Source: Lingula anatina
Taxonomy: Eukaryota > Animalia > Brachiopoda
NCBI GenBank assembly: GCA_051362555.1
Contig: CM120643.1
Span: 3,844,001 to 3,908,000, forward strand
DNA: 64,000 nt
Reading direction: 5' to 3'
The notes under the pieces: model-generated
The model's input: only the letters and a program-made list of their open reading frames with translations
Told to the model about the DNA's origin: nothing
Database searches by the model: none
Made by a program: the position numbers and the translations under genes
Shown: in pieces, positions 26,953 to 40,287 of the stretch
Numbering within the stretch: position 1 is the first letter of the stretch
Layout: each line of letters begins with the position of its first letter

Positions 26953-27125
26953 CAAATACACTTCTGGAATTGTGTAAAGAGCTGCTGGCAGACCAAGAGG
27001 TGAATTTTATCCTGAGTGAGAGAGAGTGCTGCCAGAACCACCCAGAACAAGACTTCCAAACACAGCAGATCCTGTGGAGCCAGTTATATGGAACACTACA
27101 ATTACACAACAAATGTGGGTTCCAG
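26953..27125 (+). pseudogene. P-element/THAP9-like transposase fragment, copy 2 (in duplicated block 26480-27600, paralogous to 23660-24660)
   Basis: ELCKELLADQEVNFILSERECCQNHPEQDF, then a frameshift into KHSRSCGAS. Confidence 0.5.
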
Positions 27126-28218
27126 GTAACACAAAGAATCAATTTTCCCCATATGTATGGAAACTATAGAGGCAGGGTATATAAAGCAAGGAGATTGTGT
27201 TGGACAATACTTTATCACTGAAGACAAATAGACACAATGGAAATGTTTTAAAGTGAATTGATATTTCAGCTCAGTTGTGATGTGTTAATTATAATAATTT
27301 TCCCCATATGCATGGAAACTGTATGGTACAGTACTAGTAGAGGTAGCATATACAGCGAGATTGTGGTAGACAATAAGCCGTCACTGAAGAGCAAAGGGAT
27401 ATATATAAAGAATATATATTTCAGGTCAGATATGATGTGTTATAGATGATCTCTGTTATTGTGAGGGCATTAAGTTGCAATTGCAAGTTTTATCACATAT
27501 TTATTATATACAGACACTTTCAGTCTGTCTATATTCTGATCACTGTGTCTGTCCAGTGTCATTGCCATATATATATAGTCAGCACTTTGTGACACATTTG
27601 TTGTTTACCCTATTACTGATAAACAGTATTTTTGTTTTAAATTCCTCTAGAAAATCAGCATGATTGGATTATTTTATGATATTGTTTTGTTATTGTTAGC
27701 AGTTTGGATATGATGCTACAGTATTTCCTGAGTATATCAAATTAAAGCAGCAATGTAGATGTGTTTGTGTATCAGGAGTGGTGTTAGTGTATCTGCCTGT
27801 TTCAGTGTGGAGTTAACTTTATGCCCACTGGTGCGAAAACAACTAAGGCTTTTTCTTTTTTCATTATCTTGAACAACGTCCAGATATTTTTTTACTTTTT
27901 AAATGTATTTTTGAATTGGCAATAGGTGCTGGATTTAGATTTGTCCACAAGTTAACTGTGCAAGTTTTGTACGAAGCCACTGTTGATTACCCTAGGTTCT
28001 AGATTCTGGTATTGCCAGCTCGATCTTGATTTCATATATAACCCATAGTAGCAATACCAGGCTCTAGCGAACAGTGGCAACTGAAAATTCTGCCTGGGGC
28101 GCTTCCATATTTGGAAGCCACATGTGTTGTATGTCACAGCTCTGTCCCGCCTTGAACTGCCTTTAACATTGTGATCTCGCGACATCTCGTGCTATACGAG
28201 ACAAAAAACAAAGAAAAT

Positions 28219-30761
28219 ATGGCTTACGCGGAGTTCGATGCAAGTGTATGTTTGGCTCTCAGTTTGCTGAAAAATGCGCCCATCGACGAAATTAAAAGAT
28301 GAACAAAAAGAGGCTCTTGTTCATCTCTTGAGTGGTGAGGATGTTTTCGGGGTGCTACCAAAAGGGTATGGAAAAAGCTTGATATATGAGATCGTCCCAA
28401 AACTGTTTCCAATATGTAGACAAAAGAAGGTAGGAACATCGGATATTGAAATTGCTGCATCAGTGATCGTCGTATCGCCATTGATATCGTTGATGAAAGA
28501 TCAGATAGAAGAGATGATACAGCTGGGGCTTGACTCAGTATACCTCAGTAGTGAGCACGAGCTAACAGAACCCGAGTTGCAGAAACTAAAGCTTGGAGAG
28601 TACGATGTTGTATTGGCAAGTCCAGAATCGTGGCTGGGGAAGTACAGGTACCTCTTCGACATCGAGGACATTTTCGGAACAACATTTGTTTGCTGGTTGC
28701 AGATGAAGCTCATGTTATACCACAGTGGTGAGCCATGTATGCAATGTTATTTATAGAACTATGTAAGGCAGAAAAAGGAAGACCATTTATTTCGAAAAAT
28801 TCATTATTTCCACGAAAATTAATTAAGTTTGATATTTAAAAAAAAAAAAAACACGGACAGTATCATTTTAAAATTACTGTATTTGACATTATTGTGGCTC
28901 TGGTAAGTAATTTTAAGAAAGAGCCAGCATAATACAAGATCACAAGTTACTGAAATAAAATATAATCAATGAAGTGATAAAAGACTCTTTAATTATAAAA
29001 AAACATGCTCCTTCATTGCACATAAGGGATGCTTACATCTTTATTTTAGTTTTGATATCTTGGTTCAGTCATACTAAACTTAATTTTGTGTACATTTCAG
29101 GGGGTTGAACCAGAAGCGCAAGAAAGCTTTTAGGGGAGCTTTTTCACAGCTCAGAGAATTGAGGGCTCTAGTAAGAAAGGACATTCCCTTCTTGGCTCTG
29201 ACAGCCACAGCTAACAAGAGGACGAGAAAGAAGATTACACAGGCACTGCTATTAAGGAAGCAACACTATATTATTAGGTAAATTCACTTTTTGAAGTGCA
29301 GACAATTATATAATGTTTAAGCGTAAGTGTAAGATTTGTTTTATAAACAGCTTAGTGATTTAAAGGACCACTCAATTGTATGGACCTTTATAGAGCAAAA
29401 AATGATTATAATTATAATCATAATAAAGGATTTATAATAATAATAAATACTCATACATACATTTGCATACTACATTCAGTGCACAATAGGGTGTATTTTG
29501 CTATTTTCATCTGCATTACAAAACATTTTTATAGGTTATGTTGAAATTTTTCTGTATAAAAGCAAAGGACTGAGACCTATGGCTGGATTTTGGCACCAAA
29601 TTAAATTTCCCCAAACACAAAAGCAATTTTCCATACTCCCCACCCATTTCAAGATTTTTAATTCCTACAAGAATTTTTGTGCAAATTTTGTTATTTCTTA
29701 TTATTATTGCACATATTTTGTATATATCAATATTTCAGGTCTCCAAAAAGAGAGAACATATTTAAAGCACAAGGGGTGCAAGACTTGGACTGGCTTGTGG
29801 AGCAGTTGGGAGAAGAAAGACTTAACATGAGGAGGACATTGTTGTATTGCCGTGCAGTAAAGGATGCAGTAAGTGTGTATGAACATTTTTTGAACCTGCT
29901 GGGAGAGAGATCATATGTAGATGACACTTCAAAACTATCCGGTAATCGCCTGTTTGCCCTGTACCATCACAATACAGATGACAAAAGAAAAGAAAATATG
30001 TTGAAAGACTTGATAACTGATAGTGGTCACTTCAGAGTTGTCATTTGTACAAATGCACTAGGCATGGGAATAAATGTTCCCAACATTTCAACAGCGATTC
30101 ACTATGGTGTACCATTGACGACTGAGTCCTATATACAGGAAATTGGATGTGCAGGTAGAGATGGGAAAGAGGCACAAGCACTACTGTACTACTGTGCACG
30201 TCACTTGTTAGGTACAGAGAAAGAGATGAAGGATTTTGTAAGAGGCAAAGAACAATGTAGAAAAAAAAAACTGTTCAAAGAATTTGGGGAGGTTAATGAA
30301 GGTGACCATAGATTTGTTTAGAGAAAGGGAAGAGTAGCAGCATGGTCATGCGCCTCATGTGCCCGATCCTCACACAGCAGTGAGAGAGCCATCAAATGGA
30401 GACAAAAAAGTGATGTTATATTGTCTGAGGGTATCTCAAGACAAGTGCAGGCATTTAAATGTTTTAGGCATAAATTTTTTTCCAGATTTACTTGTTAATG
30501 AAATCATTGCAAGTACCAGATACATTGATAGTTATGATTATGTAATCACAAACTTGAGTGTTATACACCCTCTGGTAGCAATAGAAATTGCATGTAACTG
30601 TTTTAAATGAAGTGTTCGGGGAGGAATTACCGGTGCCCACAATTGATAATGATATTTTAGAAGATATAGATGACTTAGTATTGCAGTTAGTTTTCAATCA
30701 TGAAGAGGAGGAGGAGGACTCCTTTGCAGACCTCCTAGATGAGTATGCAGAGTCGCATTGA
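28219..30761 (+). pseudogene. RecQ-like SF2 helicase, 3 exons (28219-28727, 29101-29277, 29739-~30761), frameshifted
   Basis: Motif 0/I LKDEQ..LPKGYGKS, Ia VVSPLISLMKDQ, II DEAH (in the shifted frame near 28700), WG...FR loop across intron 1, III LTATA, V TNALGMGIN, VI YIQEIGCAGRDG. GT-AG introns join in phase 2. Frameshifts near 28272 and 28675, stop at 30321. Confidence 0.9.
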
Positions 30762-32077
30762 TTTTATGTAGACATATTCTAGCTAGATTGGACATGCATG
30801 TAAGATGAGAGAAGATGGCTTTTCTCTCTTAAATAGTTGACACCCGTACATAGATGTTCAGTGAGTTTTGAAGAAGTATGGGCAGAAATCATAAAACCAT
30901 GACTCAGATATTTCTTGTGACATGTAAATATTGTGTACGATAATTGTCTACATTTAGCTTAGTTTTAGTATAATTTGAACTCAATTTTTTGTATTGTATA
31001 TTTAAAAATGTTGTTTACATGATATTTTTGATATGATAATTGATCACTCGCATATTTCGACTGTCTGTATTGGACTTTGGTCAGAACGAACTTGAAATTG
31101 CACCATATAATCAATAACTGTGCATATATATGTTGCTAATAGCTTACTTAGGCTTATTGTATGTATTAGCATGTATAGCACTTCTTCACTCTCAGTTCAC
31201 CAACAAGGGCTGACCAAAAAATCTGGGCTATGAAAAATTGCAACTACTAGAAGAGCTTTTTTTTTTCTTTTGCTTTTTCCAAATTTCTCTAATAAAGGAT
31301 GTTCAGGTGCCTTCCCCTTCCTAAGAAAGAGGGAGTTAGGTTTTCGATTCTATTTGTCATCCATATTTAATAAATAGATTGATTGATTCTGAATCATTAG
31401 CTTTATTTAAATTCTGCTCTTATTGTCCAGAACCTAACAAGCATTTGATACTAAATGTCAGCCCTTATTTTGTTCATTTTAGAAAAACAAAAACCTTTAC
31501 TCTTTTTGCTCACAATAAAGCTCCAGTAGAGCACCCCTTTTGGATATTTGATCGATTTCTTTTTTCTTTTTTTAACTTGCAAGTTTAGCTCCTTAGGAGC
31601 AGTTTTGGCTGTTTATCTTTTATTGTTTGGCTTCATTTAATTTTCAAAGGAACACACCAATTTCTTAAATACTTTTTTGTCATAATACTCTGTTTGACAT
31701 AAAATAAAGGTGGTCTTGATCAGATTTCAAACCCTCTGTTTCTTGTGTTTGTATCAGGTGTTGTGTGGATGGATGATGCAGATTAAGTACATTTTAGAGA
31801 GAAGTTGCTCATTTGTTGTTTGCATGTCAAACGTGTTTTTATTTAACATATTCTTTTGGTCAAAGAATGTTAAATGTCAAATAAGTTATTAAATAAATAA
31901 GCATGCTTTTCAGCCTTATAATATAAAACCAGCAAGTCCAGGAAAAATGCAATTTATTCAAGCAAAATATATTTCCTTGAGCTTTTTTTACCCTTGCTGT
32001 CACTGGAATGTTTACAAAAAATACAATAGCCATAGTAATCATAGAATGTCACATTTGCCTCTGCCAAGACTATTCCA

Positions 32078-35000
32078 TCAGTCACTTAAGGCCATCACAA
32101 TTTCCTGTTCTTGTGACCACTGCCTTAGCCATTTTGAGAGTCAAGTCTTTAACTTGGGTGCCTTTATTGAAACAATCTCCCTACTAAAGTTTTCAAATTT
32201 TTGTGCTTTAAACCGTCTCCCAGGTTCTCTGCTAAACATGTTTACCCTCTCTGTTATTTCTCTTAAGACAATGGCAAAGTCTGTCTCACTTTTGAATTTT
32301 GCATGGTAGCCAGAGGGTTTGTGCACTTTCAGGTCTTGGTTTTGGGAATTGACAATTTCAACTATCCTTTTTAAGGCTCTAGCCTCTTGGTTTGCAGAAT
32401 TTTCTGTAATATTTACACCTAAATGATTGAGTGAATTTTTAAGAGCCAAATTCAGATTTTCCAAGTGAAAGTCAAGAGATACGCGATGCCCAAGCCCACT
32501 TCTTCTGTTTACAGTCCTATTCCACATCAATCTGTGGGCCTCAATGGGTGGCAATGACTTCAGCAGAACTCCCAAATGAAGAGCAGCTAGTGAGTACTTA
32601 GTTGACTGCTTTTCAAAGTATAAGGGTAGAAACCACTTCCACATGTTGGTGATTTCTTCCCCATCACCCTCATGCACAGCATCATCAGCATTCAAATACA
32701 TCAGTCCAAGGGTGATGTATACCGAACCATAATTCCATACGGCATCTTCATCTTCATCTTCATCTTTTTTTACATCAGTGGATAGGTTGTGCATTTCCAT
32801 TTCATGCCGCATTCTTGCGGCCTTATATTTGTAGACCTTGCCACACACAGAGCAGACTTGCTCCTCCTCTGCCTGAACCAGGTGCACCCATGAGGGAAAC
32901 AAAGTGCTCCACACATGGGTGTAATGTGGCCAGGAGCCATTGTGGCTTGTCCTCCTTTGAGGCATGGACAAGGTCCCCAGGCATTATTCCAGATTCCATG
33001 CCTTCCATCCCAAAGTACGCCATAGTGGCAGCAACAATATAGGCATCTAAGTAGAGGTAGAATGCCTCTTTCACCTGTAATATGAAAAGAAGTAACCAAA
33101 TTATCATCAACAGTCAGGTTTGCTTTTTGGCTGGCCTACTCATCATTTTGTATTTAAAATAAACATAATTATATATAGACATATGATAATTTTAGGAAGT
33201 CATCCAAAAATGCATTTGTTAGATATGAGTGACAGGGCACTATAAAGTTAACTGGTTTACTATGCTTTTTTCCCACTAGCAGCTTTAAAGTTGATTTGGG
33301 TAATAAAAAATCAATATGAAGCTGGCAAAAGCATACTATGGAACCTAGGGTAGAACAAAACAAACCTTATTGTATTCATTAAGTGGACTCAACTTAGCAT
33401 TAGAGTTGTTGGTAACAGTTGCATTAGCAAAGTAGGTTCCTGCATCACCGGTTGTATCTGGATGACTTAATATTTCCATGGTTCTCTGCAAGAAATTTTT
33501 GAACATTTGTATCAAAATATATTTAAAATGTATTCATGTTTAGAGAACAATTATGATAATTTAAAACCAATGATCTATCTGATAATGTTAAAAATTGTAC
33601 TCGCAGTATATCTGGTCAATGGTATAATAATAATAATAATAATAATAATAATGTGGATGGCAAAAACAAGCAATTTGTGGATTTTCAAACCCATGGGGTG
33701 TACTTTTAATTATCACAATCACCTAATAGGAAGATAATTAAAAAATACCTGGAAAGCTATGCGAAAGGCATGCCAGTCCTCATTCTTTGGTAAAACACCC
33801 ATCAACATTTCCAAAAGAGTATCGCTATCCAATCTGGCCTTCTGAGCATTTCTAGCCCTTTCTTCTGTTAGTTGATCTCCGCCAAAGAAAATCTGAAATA
33901 ATGGAAATTATTATTATTATTATGAATAAAGGGGGAAGCACATTTATGTGACTTCAATTTTTTCAAATGAAGAAAGCATCAGTAATCAACTAACATGGAG
34001 CTTCTCAATTCCCTGCATTCAGGGTGCTTATTTTTGATTAATTAGTTGGTACTTTTAACTATTATCTTTGCATAGCATTTCATGGACATTAACAATTGTA
34101 CAAAAAATTTGTTACCTGTTCTCTAATTTCTTTTCCATCTTCATTTAAAGGAACATAACGCTGGTGCAAATCTTGTAGTATTTCTACCATTTCTTCATTC
34201 TCATTACGAAAAAGAAGACATAGTGGATACTGCAAACAAAACCAATGAAAATACTAAATGCTAGGAATACATGATTATAACATTGAAAGTATTAAATCAA
34301 TTTTAGATTAATGTCCACTGTATTTATGGATTTAAAAAATAAATCTTTTCAATCAATAGCTTATTAGCCTAGCCAAATATGTTGGCTCCTTTACTGTCTC
34401 TGAAATCTCCTTCATCTTAGAGGAATACTGGTGCGAAATGTGTCTAATTGGCTAGGGGTTGAAAGCCTGGCATCCACCTTGTCACAACACGGGACGAGTG
34501 TATTGTAAACCTTCCAATGAGTCTGCTGGCATCATGTTGATTTGGTAAGACCTCATGCAGAGGAATGTCCTTAATTTTTTTAACCTGCTGGTTGTCCAAT
34601 CCCACTGGCGATCTGAGGCCATATGACGTGCCTTCACTTCTAAGTCAATATTGTCACCAACAATTTGGTAACGCCTAGTGCTGCCTGTGTCCTGTTTTGC
34701 ATCGAGTACTGGCTGGTCAAAGCCCTCCCCAGCCTTCTTCTTTAATCTCAAGGCCATTCTACTACTTACACTTACAAACTGATGTGACAACCTTTTCAGC
34801 ACCTAAATAATTAAAAAAGATAACAATGAAAATATTTTCAATTGAATCTACAACTGGTAATATATTAACATCTAGTTTTTTCAATTAAAAGTTTAAGAAA
34901 GTGATAGTTTTCCTCTCACATTATGAAATTCACTTGCTTTGAGGATATTTTTAAAGCTAAGCTAAAGCTTGGCTATTTAAAATTCAATGTTTTTCATGAG

Positions 35001-37548
35001 GATTGAGAAAGCTGTAGAGCTCTGTCACAAGTTAGGAAAGGACAATCATTTATTGAGAAAAAATGAGGAAATTGTCCTTTATCCCAGAAAAATTCATTAA
35101 ATTCAATTTTATTTTTAAGCAAAAATCCAAGAAAGAAAGTATACACAATTTTATAATATATAACTCACCATTGTTGAGCACCCTCCATTCTGCATGGCAA
35201 TAGCATTCTTGCAGGCCCATGCAGCCATATCTTTGTTTCTTGCCTTTAATATAACACAGGCTGGGGACACTATCTTCAAAGCCTTCTCATCATATGTAGA
35301 CTGACTCCTCTTTCGAGTGGTTACACATCTAAGGAACCCATGTAGAGTTGGAGCTCTAGTTTTCAATTCTGTATTAACTGTGTTTACATTGACATTACTA
35401 AGGGTATGGGGATTTGTCTGTCGGAGAACGCTTGGATCATTTAAGCTGCATAAATTGTCAACTTCTTTCTCTGCTTGCTTGTACATCTTTTCAATAAGCA
35501 AGGGCCTATTAGGAGCATGGTTCCAAACTGCATGCAAAGCAAAGTGGTCTTGTCCTAAAGATAGATGCTTGATGACATCTTTATGCCAAGCATCAACAAC
35601 ATTATAACTGGCACAATGGCTTGGATATTCTATTGATACCTGAAAAATATTTTAAAAATTACTACTCGCAAACTGTTAGGCAGTAACATGTAGCTCTTTA
35701 AAAGCTGAAGCTAAGTAGAATCCTCTGTAAACTTCAAACGAAAAAGATTGTATTCAGAAGTCCTTAATTAACTTGACATCATTAATTAAAAGCATTTGAA
35801 CATGAGTCATCAAAAAGTGTTATCATATGGAATAAGGAAAAATTAACTATGCTTTAAGATATTTCACAATGTTACTTTCTCATTACAAAATACCTTGATT
35901 GTGGTGCCTTGGTTATGCTCAACTGCTTCTGCCACTGACTGAATGACTCCCAAGTTTGACACATCACTCAGCACTGAGTAAGACTCCTGTCTATGGTGGG
36001 AGTGAAGAAAAAATAATTAATGTTATAACTGAAGAACTAGATGCATTTGTTCTGAAAATGTTTAGCTTTAAACAATTATGTGGTTGGAGAGAAAGAGAGA
36101 GAGAGAAGAAAAAGAAAAAAATAAAAAGAGTGCGTGAGAAAAGAAAGAGAGATCTAAAATAACCAAGTGATGAGATTCATGTATCTTACCTTGTAATCAC
36201 TATCTGTGATGATGCTTTGGGCACTATGTTTTCTGCTGCAGCTGCTGGACTTTGGAACAGTGATTTAGAGCTACTGCTACTGACCTCAGAGTTATTAAGG
36301 AATAAAATTATAATAAAAATGAAATGAAAAAGTGAACTATTTTTTAAAAGACAAGTAACAATATCCATCTCCGAAAGCCACTAAAATCTTATTATCAGTG
36401 GAAATTTTCCAGCTGCTTCTTATTAGAAAGATAAATAGGAAACGATTTTACTTTTATTTAAAATTGGAAATTTAAGAGACCAAAAGAAGGCCAAATAGCT
36501 GCAGAAAAGTCTGCATATAGATGATTTTATTTATTACAGAAGATTGTGTCTGTCAGCACCTTGAAAATCTTTCTCCAACTGCTAATCTCTTCCGAGCACT
36601 CCCTTTCTTCGAGACAGGTGAAAGTGTTGTTGGAGTTGCTCTTTTGGATCTTACTGGACTGTAACTACCTGATTTTAATGCTAAATAAATAAATTAAGGT
36701 GTTCCTGTTAACATTAAGATGCATTAAGATAAATACTGTTAATGCTTCATTTATCATATTATACAAGTTTATTTCACTGTAACATATGCATCCACTTGTG
36801 TGGATGAAAATGACAATATGAATACAATTTCTGTGAATAAGCTTTTAAGCAATCACAATGAGTAAGACTATTTACTATTTACTATTAAAAAAAATTACTA
36901 CTATTACTCAATTGCCGATGAGTGCAGCACTGTCTTCTAGATCCCTCCTAGCAAAAGCGGAGGAGAGAAACTGAGCTAATGCAATAAGGGTTTCTTCTTC
37001 TTGACATTTCATAATTATATATTATATGACTCTTCTAAAGAGTTCTGAAGACTGATTTAGCCATGTCATAAAACGTTTTCTTAGTGCTAGCATTAAAGCA
37101 ATAGCTATTATTCCCGAGGGATTAACTGTAGGACGAAGAGTGCCCTAATTACATCTGGCCTTATTGAACTTTGAACTAACACCAAGACAGAATATCACTT
37201 TAAAATCTTATTCTAAATTGCTCGTATATATTTAATAATGTTTTAACATAAAAAAAACTTAATTGCAATTGTAGTCTCCTTTCTCTTCTGAATATCTTCT
37301 TTCAGTGATAAATATTTCGAAAATAAAGTCTTACATTTTCTGCAAACATATGTGTGACGCAGTGCAAACTCGGAACTCAGCTGCAGTAGCTCAATATCCA
37401 GTGATTTCTCAATCAAAATTTTTGCATCATCCTTTTTTAGTCGCCCTGAAATAACTGCTGAGTAACTAAGAATACCTTGCAACCGAAAGTCAGTGCCACA
37501 ACACACGCATTTTTCTGCTTTGAAAACAGCTTTTTTCGGTGTAGCCAT
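32078..37548 (-). pseudogene. Multi-exon Academ/DUF6589-type DDE transposase with an N-terminal C2C2 zinc motif and an internal C2H2 finger, disrupted
   Basis: Spliced motifs IVGDNIDLEV (~34650), IFFGGDQLTEERARNAQ...EDWHA (exon ~33749-33892), D+GT, YIVAATMAYFGM, DAVHEGDG, KYSL, WNRTVN...SLDFHLENLN..LK. N-terminal CVCC..CRKC; internal CSVCGKVYKYKAARMRHEMEMH. Frameshifts near 34600 and 32890; in-frame stop at 32141. Confidence 0.85.
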
Positions 37549-38848
37549 TGCTCACTATTTACAGCCATATCGCCATAGCTGTCAAATTTGGCGCATGGCA
37601 AGCACGTGGGTCATGTTTATATATTCAGAAGCAAATGTTATTGAAAAGCAAAAAAAATACAAAAACATTGGATACATCTTTTTCTTGTAGAAAATATTAT
37701 TTATTTTTCCATTTATTCTTTAAATACAGTAAATAAAATTAAATAAAGCAGAATTAAATTTGTTTTACGTTTCATTTTGGTCTAATGACATTCAACTGCA
37801 GTTTCACTGCAGAGCAGTTCTATTTGATTGACGGAAACCTAACTGGTCTTCAGTGCTAGTAAAAGCGACTCCACCACAAGGTATATTTAGCAAGCTAGCT
37901 TTTACGTTGCTCTGACACTCAGGGTATTATGCTGGGGACTTATATGAGAGTTGATACATTGTTTCTTATGTGTCTAAAAGAAAAAATAAGTTTTTGAAGT
38001 CATCCATTGTCCCCCCCCCTTTTTAATTAAAAACTTTTCCCTATAATGCAGACATGTTGCATATATTATATCATCTCCCAACCTTTATTTGGGGAAAATA
38101 TTTGTTCCTGACATAATGACCTGCTGAAATCTTTTGTTGGAGATGATTTGTCTCAATGAAGTCAAGGTTTGTGAACCAGGCTCCAACCATTTCTTTTTCT
38201 TCCCTGACATCAGGAGATAGGGTCCATGTTCCTGTAGCCATCCCCAGACATCCACTGGTGTTCATTCTCAACACGATGGTTCCCCCCCTCCCCCCCCCCC
38301 CCCCCCCCCCCCCCACTTTGACTGAGTCAAAAAAATTTTTAAAATCATTATTTATTTTATTTTATTTTATTTTTGCATGTATTTTGGTGACTGTCTTACC
38401 ATAGATACCAAACCATGTTTTTGTTTTACATCAAATATGCAGAGAGGCTTTGTTTAGTAAAAAGCTGCTTGAATTAAAAATTAACAGGATTTGATTATTT
38501 TTACCAATACATGTGCACAGTTTTATAAGTATTGAAACAAGCTATTATATAACTAATGGTAAAACTGGTGAAGTTGAAAACCCATAGGCCTTGGCCCATA
38601 TTTGTATATATTTGGTGCACAAAAAATCTATTAAACTCTGTTGTTGCAACATGTTTTGTGTCTGTATATTTTGCCAGCTTTGCTGTCTAGTCTTATGTTA
38701 GTGCTCATCTTATGGTTTGCCCAAAGATAATTAAGTATAAAAGATGTCTGCAGCAATTTTGTGTGAGTAATATGCAGAATATCATTTTATTATTATTTCT
38801 TTAAATAAAGAATTAAACAACTTTTTGTAGTAAGTATACTGAAACTTT

Positions 38849-39352
38849 TATACTAGTATGTACACTACTGTTGTGATCTCATTGTACTAGTCTTTATACT
38901 AGTATGTACACCACTGTTGTGATCTCATTGTACTAGTCTTTATACTAGTATGTACACTACTGTTGTGATCCCATTGTACTAGTCTTTATACTAGTATGTA
39001 CACTACTGTTGTGATCTCATTGTACTAGTCTTTATACTAATATGTACACTACTGTTGTGATCTCATTGTACTAGTCTTTATACTAGTATGTACACTACTG
39101 TTGTGATCTCATTGTACTAGTCTTTATACTAATATGTACACTACTGTTGTGATCTCATTGTACTAGTCTTTATACTAATATGTACACTACTGTTGTGATC
39201 TCATTGTACTAGTCTTTATACTAGTATGTACACTACTGTTGTGATCTCATTGTACTAGTCTTTATACTAGTATGTACACTACTGTTGTGATCTCATTGTA
39301 CTAGTCTTTATACTAGTATGTACACTACTGTTGTGATCTCATTGTACTAGTC
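38849..39352. repeat. 46-bp minisatellite x11, near-identical
   Basis: Unit tatactagtatgtacactactgttgtgatctcattgtactagtctt. Confidence 0.95.
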
Positions 39353-39649
39353 TAGTGCTAATAAACTAGTTCTGAATAAAGCAAGTCAGAATGATGACTG
39401 AATCATCACAATTTTAATGTCTGTTATAAGTACTGGTACCTAGTAAATTCCCACTTGGTCATTCTGGAGTTGTTTGTAATCAAAGAATGTTTATTTATTC
39501 AATTAAGACCATTATTTAAGAGAAACTGGGTTGAAGTTGTAGAGAGGCATAGATAAAGAGAGGTGAGAAACAAATTGAATACTATGAAAATTTCAGACTC
39601 CTATTATATTTTCTTATAGTTGTTATATTTTCTCTCTCATGCCTCATAG

Positions 39650-39836
39650 AGCACATTCAGGACAGAAGACTAACAGATCTGCACATCAAATATGGCAACC
39701 CACTAAAAAACTTGCCGCTTAATTGCTGATTAGACACTGAATAGATTCCCCACAGGGATTACATAGCAAGCATTAGCATTTAATGGGTTGCCATATTTGA
39801 TCCAGGGATCTATTAGTCCACTGTTCTAAATGTGCT
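39650..39836. mobile_element. Long-TIR MITE (second copy 40751-40910)
   Basis: gcacatt..gacag..gactaacagatc...tcaaatatggcaaccc is inverted to gggttgccatatttga...gatctattagtc.actgtt..aatgtgc. Confidence 0.65.
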
Positions 39837-40063
39837 CATTAACAAATAACATCATACAGAACCTGGGTAGGGGGTAAAACTTATGCTTACAACAGGTATG
39901 TATACAAAACTGATGAAGGATACTTGATAGATAAAAAATATTCCAGTTTTTCACCACTTGAGAGTTACATTTACACTTACTGTCATATTTAAGATATTTC
40001 ATTTACACACATAACCCCAACCAGATAATATGATGTGACTTTTTTATTCATCAGTGCAGTGGG

Positions 40064-40287
40064 GATCATAGTTGTATATGTGTCTGTAGTCTCATATGGA
40101 AATATCTTAACACACTGTGGACATGATATACAGTGATGATCATAGTTCTATATGTGTCTGTAGTCTTATATGGAAATATCTTAACACACTGTGGACATGA
40201 TATACAGTGATGATCATAGTTGTATATGTGTCTGTAGTCTCATATGGAGATCACTGAACACACTGTGGACATGATATACAGTGATGA
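40064..40287. repeat. 74-bp tandem repeat x3
   Basis: gatcatagtt at 40064, 40138 and 40212. Confidence 0.9.

Larger units (their letters stand above)
28000..37858. mobile_element. AcademH-type DNA transposon (RecQ-like helicase plus transposase), decayed; termini tentative
   Basis: Convergent helicase and DUF6589/Academ-type transposase genes are the AcademH gene pair. TAG-starting hairpin at ~28000 and CTA-ending hairpin at 37805-37858. No TSD confirmed. Confidence 0.8.

Noticed and set aside
28274-30321. Host RECQ1/BLM/WRN gene
   Set aside because: Minimal helicase core with multiple lesions, paired with a transposase; fits transposon cargo, so no gene symbol was given.
37859-37867. 9-bp Academ TSD (gtaaaagcg)
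   Set aside because: No matching sequence precedes either candidate left TAG (27993, 28000).
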